Shown piece after piece: positions 47,439 to 56,792 of a DNA stretch of 62,363 bases. A program made the position numbers and the translations under genes. The DNA lies in NCBI GenBank assembly GCA_043806315.1, contig JAZDHF010000044.1, positions 1 to 62,363 of the forward strand, written 5' to 3'. Origin of the DNA: Planctomycetota bacterium (lineage in GTDB: Bacteria > Planctomycetota > Phycisphaerae > UBA1845). Position 1 is the stretch's first letter; every line of letters begins with the position of its first letter. The notes under the pieces were generated by a model. The model did no database searches. It saw nothing but the letters and a program-made list of their open reading frames with translations, and was not told where the DNA came from.

Positions 47439-47494
47439 AACAGGTTCCATCCGCCGTGCCTGGGGTAAAAAGGGGGGCCCGGATGGAACCTGTT
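47439..47494. terminator. Long perfect hairpin between convergent genes (bidirectional terminator candidate)
   Basis: AACAGGTTCCATCCG (47439-47453) pairs with CGGATGGAACCTGTT (47480-47494), a 15-bp perfect stem. A-runs precede it and TTGTTG follows. A smaller hairpin CCGAGT-TCGT-ACTCGG lies at 47403-47418. Confidence 0.6.
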
Positions 47495-47537
47495 GTTGCG
47501 CGCCGACTACGCGTTCTTACTTCGTCGTCCCCGAAAA

Positions 47538-49004
47538 TCAGATTAAAACCGCCGCGGGCGTGCATGCATGCCAATCGGTCGACTTCTGATAGTGATGGGC
47601 GGCGGCGAGAAGACCTTCTTCACCGAACGCCGGGCCCATCAGTTGCAGTCCGATCGGCAGGCCGTTGGAATCGAACCCGCACGGAACGCTGATCGCACAG
47701 ATTCCCGCTAGATTGGCCGAGATGGTGTAGATGTCGCTCAAATACATCGTCAGCGGGTCGTTTGATTTCTCGCCGACGCGGAAGGCCGTCGTCGGCGCGA
47801 CCGGCGAGGCGATCACGTCCACGCGCTCGAAAGCCTGGTCGAAATCACCTTTAATGAGCGTCCGCACCTTCAGGGCCTTCAGATAGTATGCGTCGTAGTA
47901 TCCGCTCGACAGCGCGTACGTCCCCAGCATGATCCGCCGTTTGACCTCCGCCCCTAAGCCCTCTCCGCGCGACGATTCGTACAGGTCGATGATGTCGGTC
48001 GGCCTCGGCGTTCGGTAACCGTAGTGTACCCCGTCGAACCGGGCGAGGTTGCTCGACGCCTCGGCCGTCGCCACCAGATAGTAACAGGCGATTCCGTATT
48101 TCATGTGTGACAGGCGGATCGGCACAACTTCGGCGCCTCCCCTCGCCATCAATTCGATGGCCGCCTCGACAGCCCGCCGCACCTCGCCGTCGAGTCCCTC
48201 GGCGAAGTATTCATCGCTGACCCCGATTCGAACTCCTTTCACGGGTCGGTCGAGTCCGGACAGATAATCCGGGACCGGTCGGTCGACGCTGGTGGAGTCC
48301 CGCTCATCCTGCCCCGCTATGACGCTCAGAAGCAGGGCGACGTCGCGAACGTCCGTGGCGATCGGCCCGATCTGATCGAGACTGCTGCCGAAGGCGACCA
48401 GTCCGTACCGGGAAACTCGCCCGTAGCTCGGTTTCAGCCCAACCACGCCGCAGAACGCCGCCGGTTGGCGGATCGATCCGCCGGTGTCGCTGCCGAGCGC
48501 CGCAGGCACGATCCTCGCTGCCACCGCCGCGCACGACCCGCCGGAGGAGCCGCCCGCCACGCGGGCCGTGTCCCACGGATTGAGCGTGGTGGCGTATGCA
48601 CTGTTCTCGGTGCTGCTGCCCATGGCGAACTCGTCGAGGTTCGTCTTGCCGATCACGACGGCCCCGGCGGATTCCAACCGGTCGATCACATGGGCGTTGT
48701 AGCGCGATTGGAATGACTCCAGGATTCGCGAGCCGCAGGTCGTCGCCCCGAACGTCGTACACATGTTGTCCTTGACGGCGACAGGCACGCCAGCGAGCGG
48801 GCCGAGCTTCTCCCCCTGCGCTCGGCTTCGGTCGATCTGCGTGGCGGCCGAAAGCGCCCGTTCGCGGTCGTGGCTGAGGAAGGAATGGTGCCGGCTCTGC
48901 AAGGCATCGAGCCGATCGAGGCTCCTCCGCACGGCCTCTCCAGCCGAATAGTCGCCCCTGCGTACGGCCGCGGCAATGTCGGTCACTGTGCCGTTGGCGG
49001 TCAC
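47538..49004 (-). CDS. gatA: Glu-tRNA(Gln)/Asp-tRNA(Asn) amidotransferase subunit A
   Basis: Amidase signature GGSSGGSCAAVAA and GSDTGGSIRQPA. 488 aa, immediately downstream of gatC. Confidence 0.95.
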   Translation of the reverse strand: MTANGTVTDIAAAVRRGDYSAGEAVRRSLDRLDALQSRHHSFLSHDRERALSAATQIDRSRAQGEKLGPLAGVPVAVKDNMCTTFGATTCGSRILESFQSRYNAHVIDRLESAGAVVIGKTNLDEFAMGSSTENSAYATTLNPWDTARVAGGSSGGSCAAVAARIVPAALGSDTGGSIRQPAAFCGVVGLKPSYGRVSRYGLVAFGSSLDQIGPIATDVRDVALLLSVIAGQDERDSTSVDRPVPDYLSGLDRPVKGVRIGVSDEYFAEGLDGEVRRAVEAAIELMARGGAEVVPIRLSHMKYGIACYYLVATAEASSNLARFDGVHYGYRTPRPTDIIDLYESSRGEGLGAEVKRRIMLGTYALSSGYYDAYYLKALKVRTLIKGDFDQAFERVDVIASPVAPTTAFRVGEKSNDPLTMYLSDIYTISANLAGICAISVPCGFDSNGLPIGLQLMGPAFGEEGLLAAAHHYQKSTDWHACTPAAVLI

Positions 49005-49007
49005 CGG

Positions 49008-49322
49008 CTAGGAGCTTTCCTGATCGAGAACTTTGGGAACGCGGAAGAAGCCTTCATGGCGATCCGGGGCGTTGTGGAGGGCCTGGTCCGGAGTCCAACA
49101 CGCGCGAACCACGTCTTCTCGGAACACGTTCGACGCCGGTAGCGCGTGGGCGGTCGGCTCGACGTCCCGTGTGTCCAGCCCGTTAAGCTGTTCGACGTAG
49201 TCCAGCACCTTCGACAGTTGCGATGCGAACAACGCAGCTTCCGTGTCTGTGATTTTGAGGCGTGCAAGACGGGCGACATGCCTCACGGCCGCCTCGTCCA
49301 ACGATTGCGCCATGTCGGTCAC
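49008..49322 (-). CDS. gatC: Glu-tRNA(Gln)/Asp-tRNA(Asn) amidotransferase subunit C
   Basis: 104 aa with VRHVARLARLKITDTEAALFASQLSKVLDYVEQL. Its stop is 3 nt before the gatA start. Confidence 0.9.
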   Translation of the reverse strand: MTDMAQSLDEAAVRHVARLARLKITDTEAALFASQLSKVLDYVEQLNGLDTRDVEPTAHALPASNVFREDVVRACWTPDQALHNAPDRHEGFFRVPKVLDQESS

Positions 49323-49542
49323 TCCGTCTTACGCACGGCTCCGATGAGCAATCCGGCTCGGAATCCACCCGGCCGACCCCGTTTTCAGACGATCGAGCGT
49401 ACCGCGGCGATGCCGACCCGTCTATGACGTGCCCTCCGAGACGTGCGGCCTCGCTTGCTGAATCGTCGTTCCTACATGTCCGATAAGCCTTCCGAAGCTG
49501 CATTGCACCCACGGACCCTCGTGCTGAGGGCGGAGAGATTCC

Positions 49543-51231
49543 GTGCCCAGAGCGTTGATGAACTTCATCAAGGCGCAGCCGGCCTCGTCCGCTGGGCGGA
49601 TCACCGTTGCGGACTGCGCTCTCTTGGCCGCGCTTTGGGCCGCGACGGCGGTGGTTCTCGGCAAGGACATTGCCTTGGGCGGACTCGCCGACGCTGACTC
49701 CGCGGCGCACGCCATGGACGGCGTGCTCATCCACGACTGGGTCATGGCCGGACCTTCCGCATGGCGGTCGCCGATGGAGTTCGCCCGACAGCAATACGGC
49801 CACTATCCGACACTCGGAATCGGACGACACTATCCGCCGGGCTTCGCCATTGTCGAGGCCGCGTTCTTCGCGACCTTCGGCATATCCGCCGTCTCCGCCC
49901 GACTGTGCATTCTTTTCTTCGGTCTGATCGCAATCACCGGGACGTTCGTGTTCGTGCGTGATCTTGCCGGGCGCGGCGCCGGCTCTCTAGCCGCAATGAC
50001 GTTGCTGGCCATGCCCGCGACGACGTTGTGGGGCCGCCAGACCATGCTGGAAGTACCGACCCTCGCCGCTCTTGCGTGGGGCGCGGTCACGTTCTCGTGG
50101 TACCTTCGCAATCCGTCGAACCGACGGCTCAGCGTACTCCTTGCCGTCTCCCTTGGAGCCATCCTGTTCAAGCAGACAGGCGTGTTCCTGGTCTGCGCGG
50201 TAGCCATGACCTTAATAGTATGTGCAATCGCTAAGGTCGTCCGCGTTGCACATGCCCTTGCAGCGACGGCCGTCGCCGTTGTCGCCCTACTCTTAGTGGT
50301 CTTGTCCTTCGATGACGCTTGCTTCAAGACCTTGTCCGGGTACGACACATACCCTGACCCGTGGTGCCTTGGCGCACTGACTTTCTATCTGCGGGCGCTT
50401 CCCTACCTGACGGGTTCCCTATTCTTGGCTCTAGCTGTCTTGGGCTTCGCAGTGAGTCGGCGCTCATTGGGAGTTCACTGGTTTTTCCTTCTGGGTTGGG
50501 CCGTCATGGCCTACCTCATGGTAACGGCGGCAAGCCTGAAAGTCCCACGGTTCTACTACGTCGGCGTGTTCCCCCTGGCAATATGGACGGCGCTCGGTAT
50601 GAATCGCCTCGTCTTCCTCGTGCCGAAACCGGCGACTCGCGCAGTGCTCACCGCCGGCGTCGCCGCGTGTATGGGGGCCTTCGCCTATGCCCGACCCATT
50701 CAGCACGCCCCTGACTACGGACCATTGGTCGCGGCCCACCGCAATCAAATCGAGGGACGCGCCGTCTTGTTCACCGGATTACGGGACGGCGATTTTGTGT
50801 TTGCAGTGCGTGAACACATCCCCTGGCGCCGTGCGGTCGTGGTTCGCGGGAGCAAACTTCTCTATACCTGTACGGCGGGTCCGAACCTCGACCTCGTCTC
50901 CTTTGCTGCTTCCTCCGACGCCTTGGCCGCATTGATGCGCCGTTTTGCGTTTGAATATGTATTCATTGAGCGAGAAAACAAAGTCGGCACAGTCGAGGAC
51001 GATCTCTTACGCCGTTATCTTTCCGAGAGCGGCGACTACGAGCGGATCTCCACGCAGGCCCTCGATGCGGTTCCCCATTCCTGCCGGTTTGCGAGCGCGG
51101 TTGACGTATACGAACTCACCCAACCGTTGACCCGTCAGGTCGATTACTTCGACATTCCCATGCCCCGCACTGGTGCGCCGATCCGAGTCCAGCTCAGTGC
51201 GAACACGCTATCCGGTCAGGGGCCGTCATGA
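49543..51231 (+). CDS. Polytopic membrane glycosyltransferase, ArnT/PMT-like (GT39/GT83-type) - putative
   Basis: 562 aa with more than 10 TM helices. An early loop YPPGFAIVEAAFFATFG is typical of the PMT_2/ArnT-like fold, and there is a soluble C-terminal domain. Confidence 0.55.
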   Translation: MPRALMNFIKAQPASSAGRITVADCALLAALWAATAVVLGKDIALGGLADADSAAHAMDGVLIHDWVMAGPSAWRSPMEFARQQYGHYPTLGIGRHYPPGFAIVEAAFFATFGISAVSARLCILFFGLIAITGTFVFVRDLAGRGAGSLAAMTLLAMPATTLWGRQTMLEVPTLAALAWGAVTFSWYLRNPSNRRLSVLLAVSLGAILFKQTGVFLVCAVAMTLIVCAIAKVVRVAHALAATAVAVVALLLVVLSFDDACFKTLSGYDTYPDPWCLGALTFYLRALPYLTGSLFLALAVLGFAVSRRSLGVHWFFLLGWAVMAYLMVTAASLKVPRFYYVGVFPLAIWTALGMNRLVFLVPKPATRAVLTAGVAACMGAFAYARPIQHAPDYGPLVAAHRNQIEGRAVLFTGLRDGDFVFAVREHIPWRRAVVVRGSKLLYTCTAGPNLDLVSFAASSDALAALMRRFAFEYVFIERENKVGTVEDDLLRRYLSESGDYERISTQALDAVPHSCRFASAVDVYELTQPLTRQVDYFDIPMPRTGAPIRVQLSANTLSGQGPS

Positions 51232-52181
51232 CTGTCCGCAGCGACGACGACGCAGGTGAATCGCGCCGATCCAGTTCCCAACGGGATCGGCGAGTGCGCC
51301 GCTGGTTCGCATTGCTCATGCTGGGTTCCATCGGCGCCGCAACGGGATGCTACATCGACTACCGCCGCGACTGCGCGCGGCTCAAAGCGACGGCACAACT
51401 CGTGGTAGCCGGAGCAGAATCACCCGCGGACCGTGTGATCGCCCTCCTGCATTGGGTCTTTGCCAATCAGTCCACCAAGGAAAACCCGCGTTATTTTCTC
51501 TTTCCCCGGCTCCGAGCGACGCCGTGCCAGGTGCTTGAAACAGGCGGAGACTGCGCCGACAAATCGCGGTTGCTGAGCGCCCTGCTGCGGGAGGTGGGGG
51601 TTCCCGCGAGCATGGCCATGTGCTTTGATCCGCGAACCGGCCATTCGACTCACACCATCGTCGTTGCCGTTATTGCTCCAGGTACGGATATGGTCGTAGA
51701 TCCGGTGTATGACCTTTTCTTCCCACGGCCTGAACAACGCGGTTACTACGGTTTGTTGGACTTGCGAAGAGATGCAACTATTCTCCCGCATCGCCTGGAC
51801 ACGTTGTGCGCCGAGCGACCGCGGTCGCATCCGATCCACTACTACAACCGCGTGTCGGCTGTGTACTCGCACGCCAGTTGCATGAACTGGGAGAAAAACG
51901 GTCTGACGCGTATCTTGGGCGATTTCCTGGTCCGCAACGATGACGACGCGCTTTACACCATTGCGCGTCCTCTTGTGTTGGAGGAACCGAAGCTGTTGGT
52001 GAGCCTGGCCGCCGCATTACTCGGGATCGGCGCCGGGTTCATATACGCTGTCATGGCTCGCGGTGCGCTAAGCCATCAGGGTGATGTCGGCAAATCTCGC
52101 GTACCCGTCCGTGGTTCAGCGGATGCCTATGATTCTGCAAACACCCGCCTTGGAGGAGGGATGAGCGTGTGTGGCCGCTGA
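51228..52181 (+). CDS. Transglutaminase-like cysteine-protease-fold protein (membrane anchored)
   Basis: Candidate Cys-His-Asp arrangement: GGDCADKSRLLSALLREVGVPA ... HSTHTIVVAV ... MVVDPVYD. There are N- and C-terminal TM helices. The ATG overlaps the upstream stop (ATGA). Confidence 0.6.
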   Translation: MTVRSDDDAGESRRSSSQRDRRVRRWFALLMLGSIGAATGCYIDYRRDCARLKATAQLVVAGAESPADRVIALLHWVFANQSTKENPRYFLFPRLRATPCQVLETGGDCADKSRLLSALLREVGVPASMAMCFDPRTGHSTHTIVVAVIAPGTDMVVDPVYDLFFPRPEQRGYYGLLDLRRDATILPHRLDTLCAERPRSHPIHYYNRVSAVYSHASCMNWEKNGLTRILGDFLVRNDDDALYTIARPLVLEEPKLLVSLAAALLGIGAGFIYAVMARGALSHQGDVGKSRVPVRGSADAYDSANTRLGGGMSVCGR

Positions 52182-53524
52182 AAAGCATTCTTTACTTCGG
52201 TGTGTTTTGGATAGCATGCGTGATGGCTCTGGCCAACCCCATCTGGGGCGTGCTCAACTACATGGTCGTGTATCAGACCGATCCGACGAACACCTGGTGG
52301 GGGCGGCCTCTGGCCGAACTGGGGATGAGGTTTTCCTTGCTTGCAGCCGGCTCGACTGTGTTGGGGCTGTTGCTGGGTCGCAAACACGTACCGGACGTCC
52401 GCCCCGCCTTTTCCGCGTGGGAATGGGGAGTTCTCGCGCTCTTCGTCATTGCATCTCTCAACATCGTGATTGGGGCGGAGTTCGGAGCCAGCGCAAGGAG
52501 GGAGTTCGAGAAGTTCTGGAAAGTGCTTCTATTCACGCTCATCCTGACCCGCTTGGCGAGCGTTCGCAAAAATCTTCTGATGGTGATGTGGGCGCTCGTC
52601 ATCGGCTGCCTTTATCTTGGATATGACGCATACACCGCGCCATCCTGGGCCTTTTTGCTCGGACGGTTGGAGACGTTCGGCGGACCGGATTTTTCAACCA
52701 GCTCCGGAGCCGCCGCGCACCTCAGCGCCATGCTTCCCATCATTGGGACGGCATTCCTGGCGGCCAAGCACTGGAAATGGAAGCTGTTGGCGGGCGTCTC
52801 TGGGGCATTGACGGTGAACGCGGTCATCATGTGTCGGACGCGATCGGCATTCATAGGCTTGGTCGTCGGGCTCTTGGCCGCGTTTCTCGTCGCACCCCGC
52901 GTCAGGCGTTATCGCATTCACGCGCTCCTTTTCGCCGGCGGCGTCGTGGCCTTCGGATTGACGGACGACCATTTCTGGGCGCGAATGGGGACATTGGCGG
53001 ACCAGGAGGTGCTCGAGACGGACCTGGCGACGGTAAGCCGAAAGGAGATTTGGCTGGCGTCGTTGCAGATCATTGCGGACCATCCCTTGGGGATCGGCGT
53101 CGGGAACTTCACGCGCGTCATTGGCGACTATGACCCCCGCCATAACCAACGGTCCAGCCATAATTCGCTCATTGTGTGCTTCGCGGAGTTGGGCGTGCAA
53201 GGGGGAATAGTGTTCCTTTCGATGGTGGCCCTGTCTGTGCGGCTATTGCATCGCAGTTCCAAATTAGCAGGACTGAGTGATAAGCCGCTCGAAACGAAGA
53301 TGTTGGCGTACGGTTTTCTTATCGCACTGGTGACCTATTTCACCACAGCACTGGGGACGCAGCGATTCTATTGTGAATCGTTTTGGTGGGTGTTGGCGCT
53401 GCCCCTGTGCCTCTACCGCGCCGTGCTTGCGGAGGCGGACGCGCGCGTGGGGATTCCAGCCCCGGTCGCGTCACCGGCCGGGAACGAGGAGATGCGCGTT
53501 GTCGGTCAACTGCAATCGCCGTGA
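52169..53524 (+). CDS. O-antigen ligase / Wzy_C-domain membrane protein
   Basis: Polytopic, with the Wzy_C-like loop RSAFIGLVVG...SRKEIWLASLQIIADHPLGIGVGNF...SSHNSLIVCFAELGVQGG. Confidence 0.75.
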   Translation: MWPLKSILYFGVFWIACVMALANPIWGVLNYMVVYQTDPTNTWWGRPLAELGMRFSLLAAGSTVLGLLLGRKHVPDVRPAFSAWEWGVLALFVIASLNIVIGAEFGASARREFEKFWKVLLFTLILTRLASVRKNLLMVMWALVIGCLYLGYDAYTAPSWAFLLGRLETFGGPDFSTSSGAAAHLSAMLPIIGTAFLAAKHWKWKLLAGVSGALTVNAVIMCRTRSAFIGLVVGLLAAFLVAPRVRRYRIHALLFAGGVVAFGLTDDHFWARMGTLADQEVLETDLATVSRKEIWLASLQIIADHPLGIGVGNFTRVIGDYDPRHNQRSSHNSLIVCFAELGVQGGIVFLSMVALSVRLLHRSSKLAGLSDKPLETKMLAYGFLIALVTYFTTALGTQRFYCESFWWVLALPLCLYRAVLAEADARVGIPAPVASPAGNEEMRVVGQLQSP

Positions 53525-53525
53525 C

Positions 53526-54833
53526 GTGGACAGACCGTTGGTGTTGCACGTCATTCACTCTCTCGAGGGAGGGGGAACCGAACGGGTTCTCGTCGACCTG
53601 CTGAGGGCGGGTGATGCGGCGCTTTTTCGCCATGCCGTGGTCACGCAGCGAACGGCGGGGGCGTTGGCGTCGGCGTTGCCCGACCACGTCCCGTGCGTGG
53701 CGATGGGGGCGCGCGGGCGATCGTGGGCGACCGGGCTTCGGCTGGGGCTGATTGCACGAGCGCTGCGGCCCGCGGTCCTTCACGCGCGAAACACCGGGTG
53801 TTGGAACGACGCTGTGGTTGCCAAGATGCTCACGCCCGGCGCGCGATTGGTGCTGGGGTTCCACGGCCTGGAGTCCGCGTCGTGTTTGGGCTGCGGTCCA
53901 CGGCGGAGCGCCAAGTGGGGAATGCACTGGGGAGCGCGATTCACGAGCGTATCGGAGGCCGGGCGCCGCCAGCTACAAGCTGAGGCTCACATTCCCGCGG
54001 AGCGGATCGACGTTTTGGAGAACGGCGTGCGGCTCGAACGGTTCTTGGACGTCGGCATCGAAGCACGGCGCAGCGTTCGAGCACCTCTGTTGCTGCCCGA
54101 TTCGGCGTTCGTTGTCGGGACGGTCGGCTCACTCACGGCGGTCAAGAATCAGGCCCTGCTGATCAGCGCCGTCGCGCAACTTACGAAGGCGAGGGTGGAC
54201 GTTCGCCTTCTCATCGTCGGGGACGGTCCGCTGCGCGAGAGCTTAGCGCAGCAGGCGCTTGAGGTCGGCATCGCCGACCGCGTCTGTTTCACCGGATGGC
54301 GCGAGGACGTTCCCACGCTCCTCTCCGCGATGGACGCCTATGTATGCAGCAGCGCCTCGGAGGGGATGAGCAATGCGGTGTTGGAGGCCATGGCCGCCGG
54401 CCTGCCGATCGTGACGACGGACGTTGGCGACAATGCGGTGATGATACGAAACCATCGGGAGGGCCTGATCATCGAGCCCCATTCAGCGACGGCCCTCGCT
54501 CAAGCCCTGCGGGCGCTTGTGTTCGCACCCGATCTTCGCCGCCGCCTGGGGGCCGCGGCGCGAGCGCGTGCCCAAAGCTACAACTTTGAGCAAGTTGTTC
54601 GGCGTTACGAGCGTTACTACCACATGCTTGTCGCTTCGACCGCGCGACGGTGGCATTCGTTGGGCGGGTTAGCCGTCGAGCGGGTCCGTCTTGCGAAAGT
54701 AGCGAACGGGAACGTCGGCCCGGTAGCCCAACGCCTCGAACAAGGCCGCGGAGGCCGCGTTGTCCGATTCGACCAGGGCGGCCACGATCCCGATGCCGTG
54801 GCCGCGGATGGCCGTGTCACAGGCTGTCACTAG
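53526..54833 (+). CDS. Glycosyltransferase family 4 (GT-B, RfaB-like)
   Basis: VLHVIHSLEGGGTERV N-terminus and the E-x7-E region SSASEGMSNAVLEAMAAGLPIVTTDVGDN. The GTG start is 2 nt after the upstream stop. The last ~55 codons overlap the convergent GNAT gene. Confidence 0.75.
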   Translation: MDRPLVLHVIHSLEGGGTERVLVDLLRAGDAALFRHAVVTQRTAGALASALPDHVPCVAMGARGRSWATGLRLGLIARALRPAVLHARNTGCWNDAVVAKMLTPGARLVLGFHGLESASCLGCGPRRSAKWGMHWGARFTSVSEAGRRQLQAEAHIPAERIDVLENGVRLERFLDVGIEARRSVRAPLLLPDSAFVVGTVGSLTAVKNQALLISAVAQLTKARVDVRLLIVGDGPLRESLAQQALEVGIADRVCFTGWREDVPTLLSAMDAYVCSSASEGMSNAVLEAMAAGLPIVTTDVGDNAVMIRNHREGLIIEPHSATALAQALRALVFAPDLRRRLGAAARARAQSYNFEQVVRRYERYYHMLVASTARRWHSLGGLAVERVRLAKVANGNVGPVAQRLEQGRGGRVVRFDQGGHDPDAVAADGRVTGCH

Positions 54834-55124
54834 AGCGGCGGCGATTCCTTGCCGCCGATGGTCAGGCTGGACGGCCAGGCGGTTGATCCAGCCCTTCCGC
54901 CCGTCGTGCGTGCCCAGGACGACGCCGACGATCCGCTCCCCCTCCGTGGCCACCAAATACAGGTCGGGGAACTGTTCAAGTTGCTTGAGAAACGCCGCTC
55001 GGCTTTCGCGGCCTTGGATCTCAAGATCCCCACCGCTCACCATCCAAAGTTCGACGAGCGCGTCGTAGTCCGCCGCGACCGCCCGACGGATAGTGAACGG
55101 AGTTGGGGTGTGCAACGCGCTCAC
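54669..55124 (-). CDS. GNAT-family N-acetyltransferase
   Basis: 151 aa. The acetyl-CoA motif is LAVQPDHRRQGIAAALV. The GTG start overlaps the stop of the upstream CPBP gene (GTGA). Confidence 0.8.
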   Translation of the reverse strand: MSALHTPTPFTIRRAVAADYDALVELWMVSGGDLEIQGRESRAAFLKQLEQFPDLYLVATEGERIVGVVLGTHDGRKGWINRLAVQPDHRRQGIAAALVTACDTAIRGHGIGIVAALVESDNAASAALFEALGYRADVPVRYFRKTDPLDG

Positions 55125-56026
55125 GTCCAGGAGTCCCCCGCTTGTACGTACAGCAGCAGAAGCTGCGACAAGTCGAACAAGGCGTGGGCGATGATCGCCG
55201 GGATGATGGATCGCCGCCAGATCGTCGCCAAGCTGAACACCAACGAGAGAATGGCAACCACCACCAGCGCCGAACGGGTTTGGTCGAACGCGTGGAGCGA
55301 GGTGAAAACCACCGTGCTCAACGCCACGGCGACCGTCCAACTCCCCGTCCCCCGTCGTAATCGAGTCATCAGGAACCCACGAAAGACAAGTTCCTCGTAG
55401 ATGCCGATGATGGCGGTTAAGGGCACGAACTCCGCGGGGCGCAATTTCGGAACGAGCTCCATGATGCGCCGCGCGTTCTCGTTCATCTCTTCTCGCACCA
55501 CATCGGGCCAGAAAAGCCAAAGTAGCGCCATCACCACGAAGATCGCCCCATACACGACCAAGAGCGCCGCCAGACCGATCACCACGTTGAGCGGCATTTC
55601 GAGCCAAGAGAGACCCACCGAGCGAGCGGTTTGACCGCGTCGTAGGACCAGAGCCGCGATGATGACGATCGCCCCCAGCGCGCGCAACGAGATGGTCGGA
55701 AGCAGCATCGCCTGCCGAATTTCGGCGGCTTGGTCTCCGGGCGATTGAGCGCCGACCTCCAGCGGGAATCCGGTGGCAAGATGGACCAAACCGGCGGTGA
55801 AGAACTCGAACGCGATGACGAAGAGCACCAGCCAGCCGATGTCCGCCCAGGCCGAGCGGGGCGTCTGTTGGAGCAGAAGGAACTCCGAAAGCGGCGATGG
55901 AAGTGGTTCGGCGAAGTCCAACGCGATCGGTCGAGCGACGGGAATCGTCGCAGGGACTTGGTCCAACGCGTCAGTCTCCGATGGAGAGGAGGTCACAGAC
56001 CGCCCATTTTCATGAGCTTTCGCCAC
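55121..56026 (-). CDS. CPBP-family intramembrane glutamic endopeptidase (CAAX protease/Abi-like)
   Basis: The motifs are IYEELVFRGFL (EExxxR), FTSLHAF (FxxxH) and IIAHALFDL (HxxxD). The start is uncertain. The maximal ORF reaches 56179 but then reads through the REP copy and the end of the RAYT gene, and 56026 is the first in-frame GTG below the REP. Confidence 0.7.
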   Translation of the reverse strand: MAKAHENGRSVTSSPSETDALDQVPATIPVARPIALDFAEPLPSPLSEFLLLQQTPRSAWADIGWLVLFVIAFEFFTAGLVHLATGFPLEVGAQSPGDQAAEIRQAMLLPTISLRALGAIVIIAALVLRRGQTARSVGLSWLEMPLNVVIGLAALLVVYGAIFVVMALLWLFWPDVVREEMNENARRIMELVPKLRPAEFVPLTAIIGIYEELVFRGFLMTRLRRGTGSWTVAVALSTVVFTSLHAFDQTRSALVVVAILSLVFSLATIWRRSIIPAIIAHALFDLSQLLLLYVQAGDSWT

Positions 56027-56047
56027 AACGCAACGGGTACTCTGTAG

Positions 56048-56787
56048 GGTGGCATGGCCAAGCGAAGCGCCGCCATGCTCTAACGTTGCCACTGATCGCG
56101 CGGTGGCATCGAACCCACATCTGGCGCGAGGACATAATCGTCCCGACCCGCAAAGAAACGAGCGCTTGACCAAGGCCAATCCTCGGGGGTATCGGCTAAT
56201 CCGCGCCGGACGGGGTTCGCATGGATGTAGTCGATTGTGGCGTGAACGGTTTTCGTGTTTACCAAGTTCCTGTCATACCCACCGCCACGCTGCCGGAAGC
56301 GGTACGCGACTTCTCCATTCGGTTGTTCGTCTCGCATCATCTTCAAAAAGCCAGGCGCCTGCGCCCGAACGAATCGGACGGCTTGGCGGGCCACGGGTCG
56401 CTTCATATCCAGAAGGATTCCGCTAATCGAGTACTCGTCGCGGAGCGGATAGATCAGGAGATGAACATGCTCGGGCATGAGCACATAGCCCCACAGTTCG
56501 AAGCCATGTTTGTCACGTGCCTTGGCGAGTGCATCGAGAAGCCATCGCCGCGACCGGTCGCCATTTAAGAACGGGCGATTCCTGAAACAACTGAACGTCA
56601 GCGCATGTGCATGGCCGGGAGTGTTTTCTCGATGGCAGGTCTTGCGTTTTCGCGTATCACGGCCCTGGCGCGATGGTCCCACAAGCATGGCAGGGAATCC
56701 GTCGTTCGCATGCAACTCATGCCGCATGGCGGCGCTCGCCTTCGGCGAGCTTGGCCATGCCACCCCATCGAGCTTGGCCATGCCACC
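56048..56787. mobile_element. Minimal RAYT unit: HUH/Y1 transposase gene flanked by inverted REP copies
   Basis: The left end is GGTGGCATGGCCAAGC (56048-56063). The right end carries two tandem inverted copies GCTTGGCCATGCCACC (56749-56764, 56772-56787). CTGTA(G/A)G-type flanks lie outside both ends. Confidence 0.75.
56080..56727 (-). CDS. REP-associated tyrosine transposase (IS200/IS605-like Y1 HUH protein)
   Basis: The HUH motif is MPEHVHLLIY and the catalytic-Tyr region is TIDYIHANPVRRGLADTPEDWPWSS. Start is taken at M19 (56727), because the first 18 codons of the maximal ORF lie in the REP copies. Confidence 0.8.
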   Translation of the reverse strand: MRHELHANDGFPAMLVGPSRQGRDTRKRKTCHRENTPGHAHALTFSCFRNRPFLNGDRSRRWLLDALAKARDKHGFELWGYVLMPEHVHLLIYPLRDEYSISGILLDMKRPVARQAVRFVRAQAPGFLKMMRDEQPNGEVAYRFRQRGGGYDRNLVNTKTVHATIDYIHANPVRRGLADTPEDWPWSSARFFAGRDDYVLAPDVGSMPPRDQWQR

Positions 56788-56792
56788 CCGAC

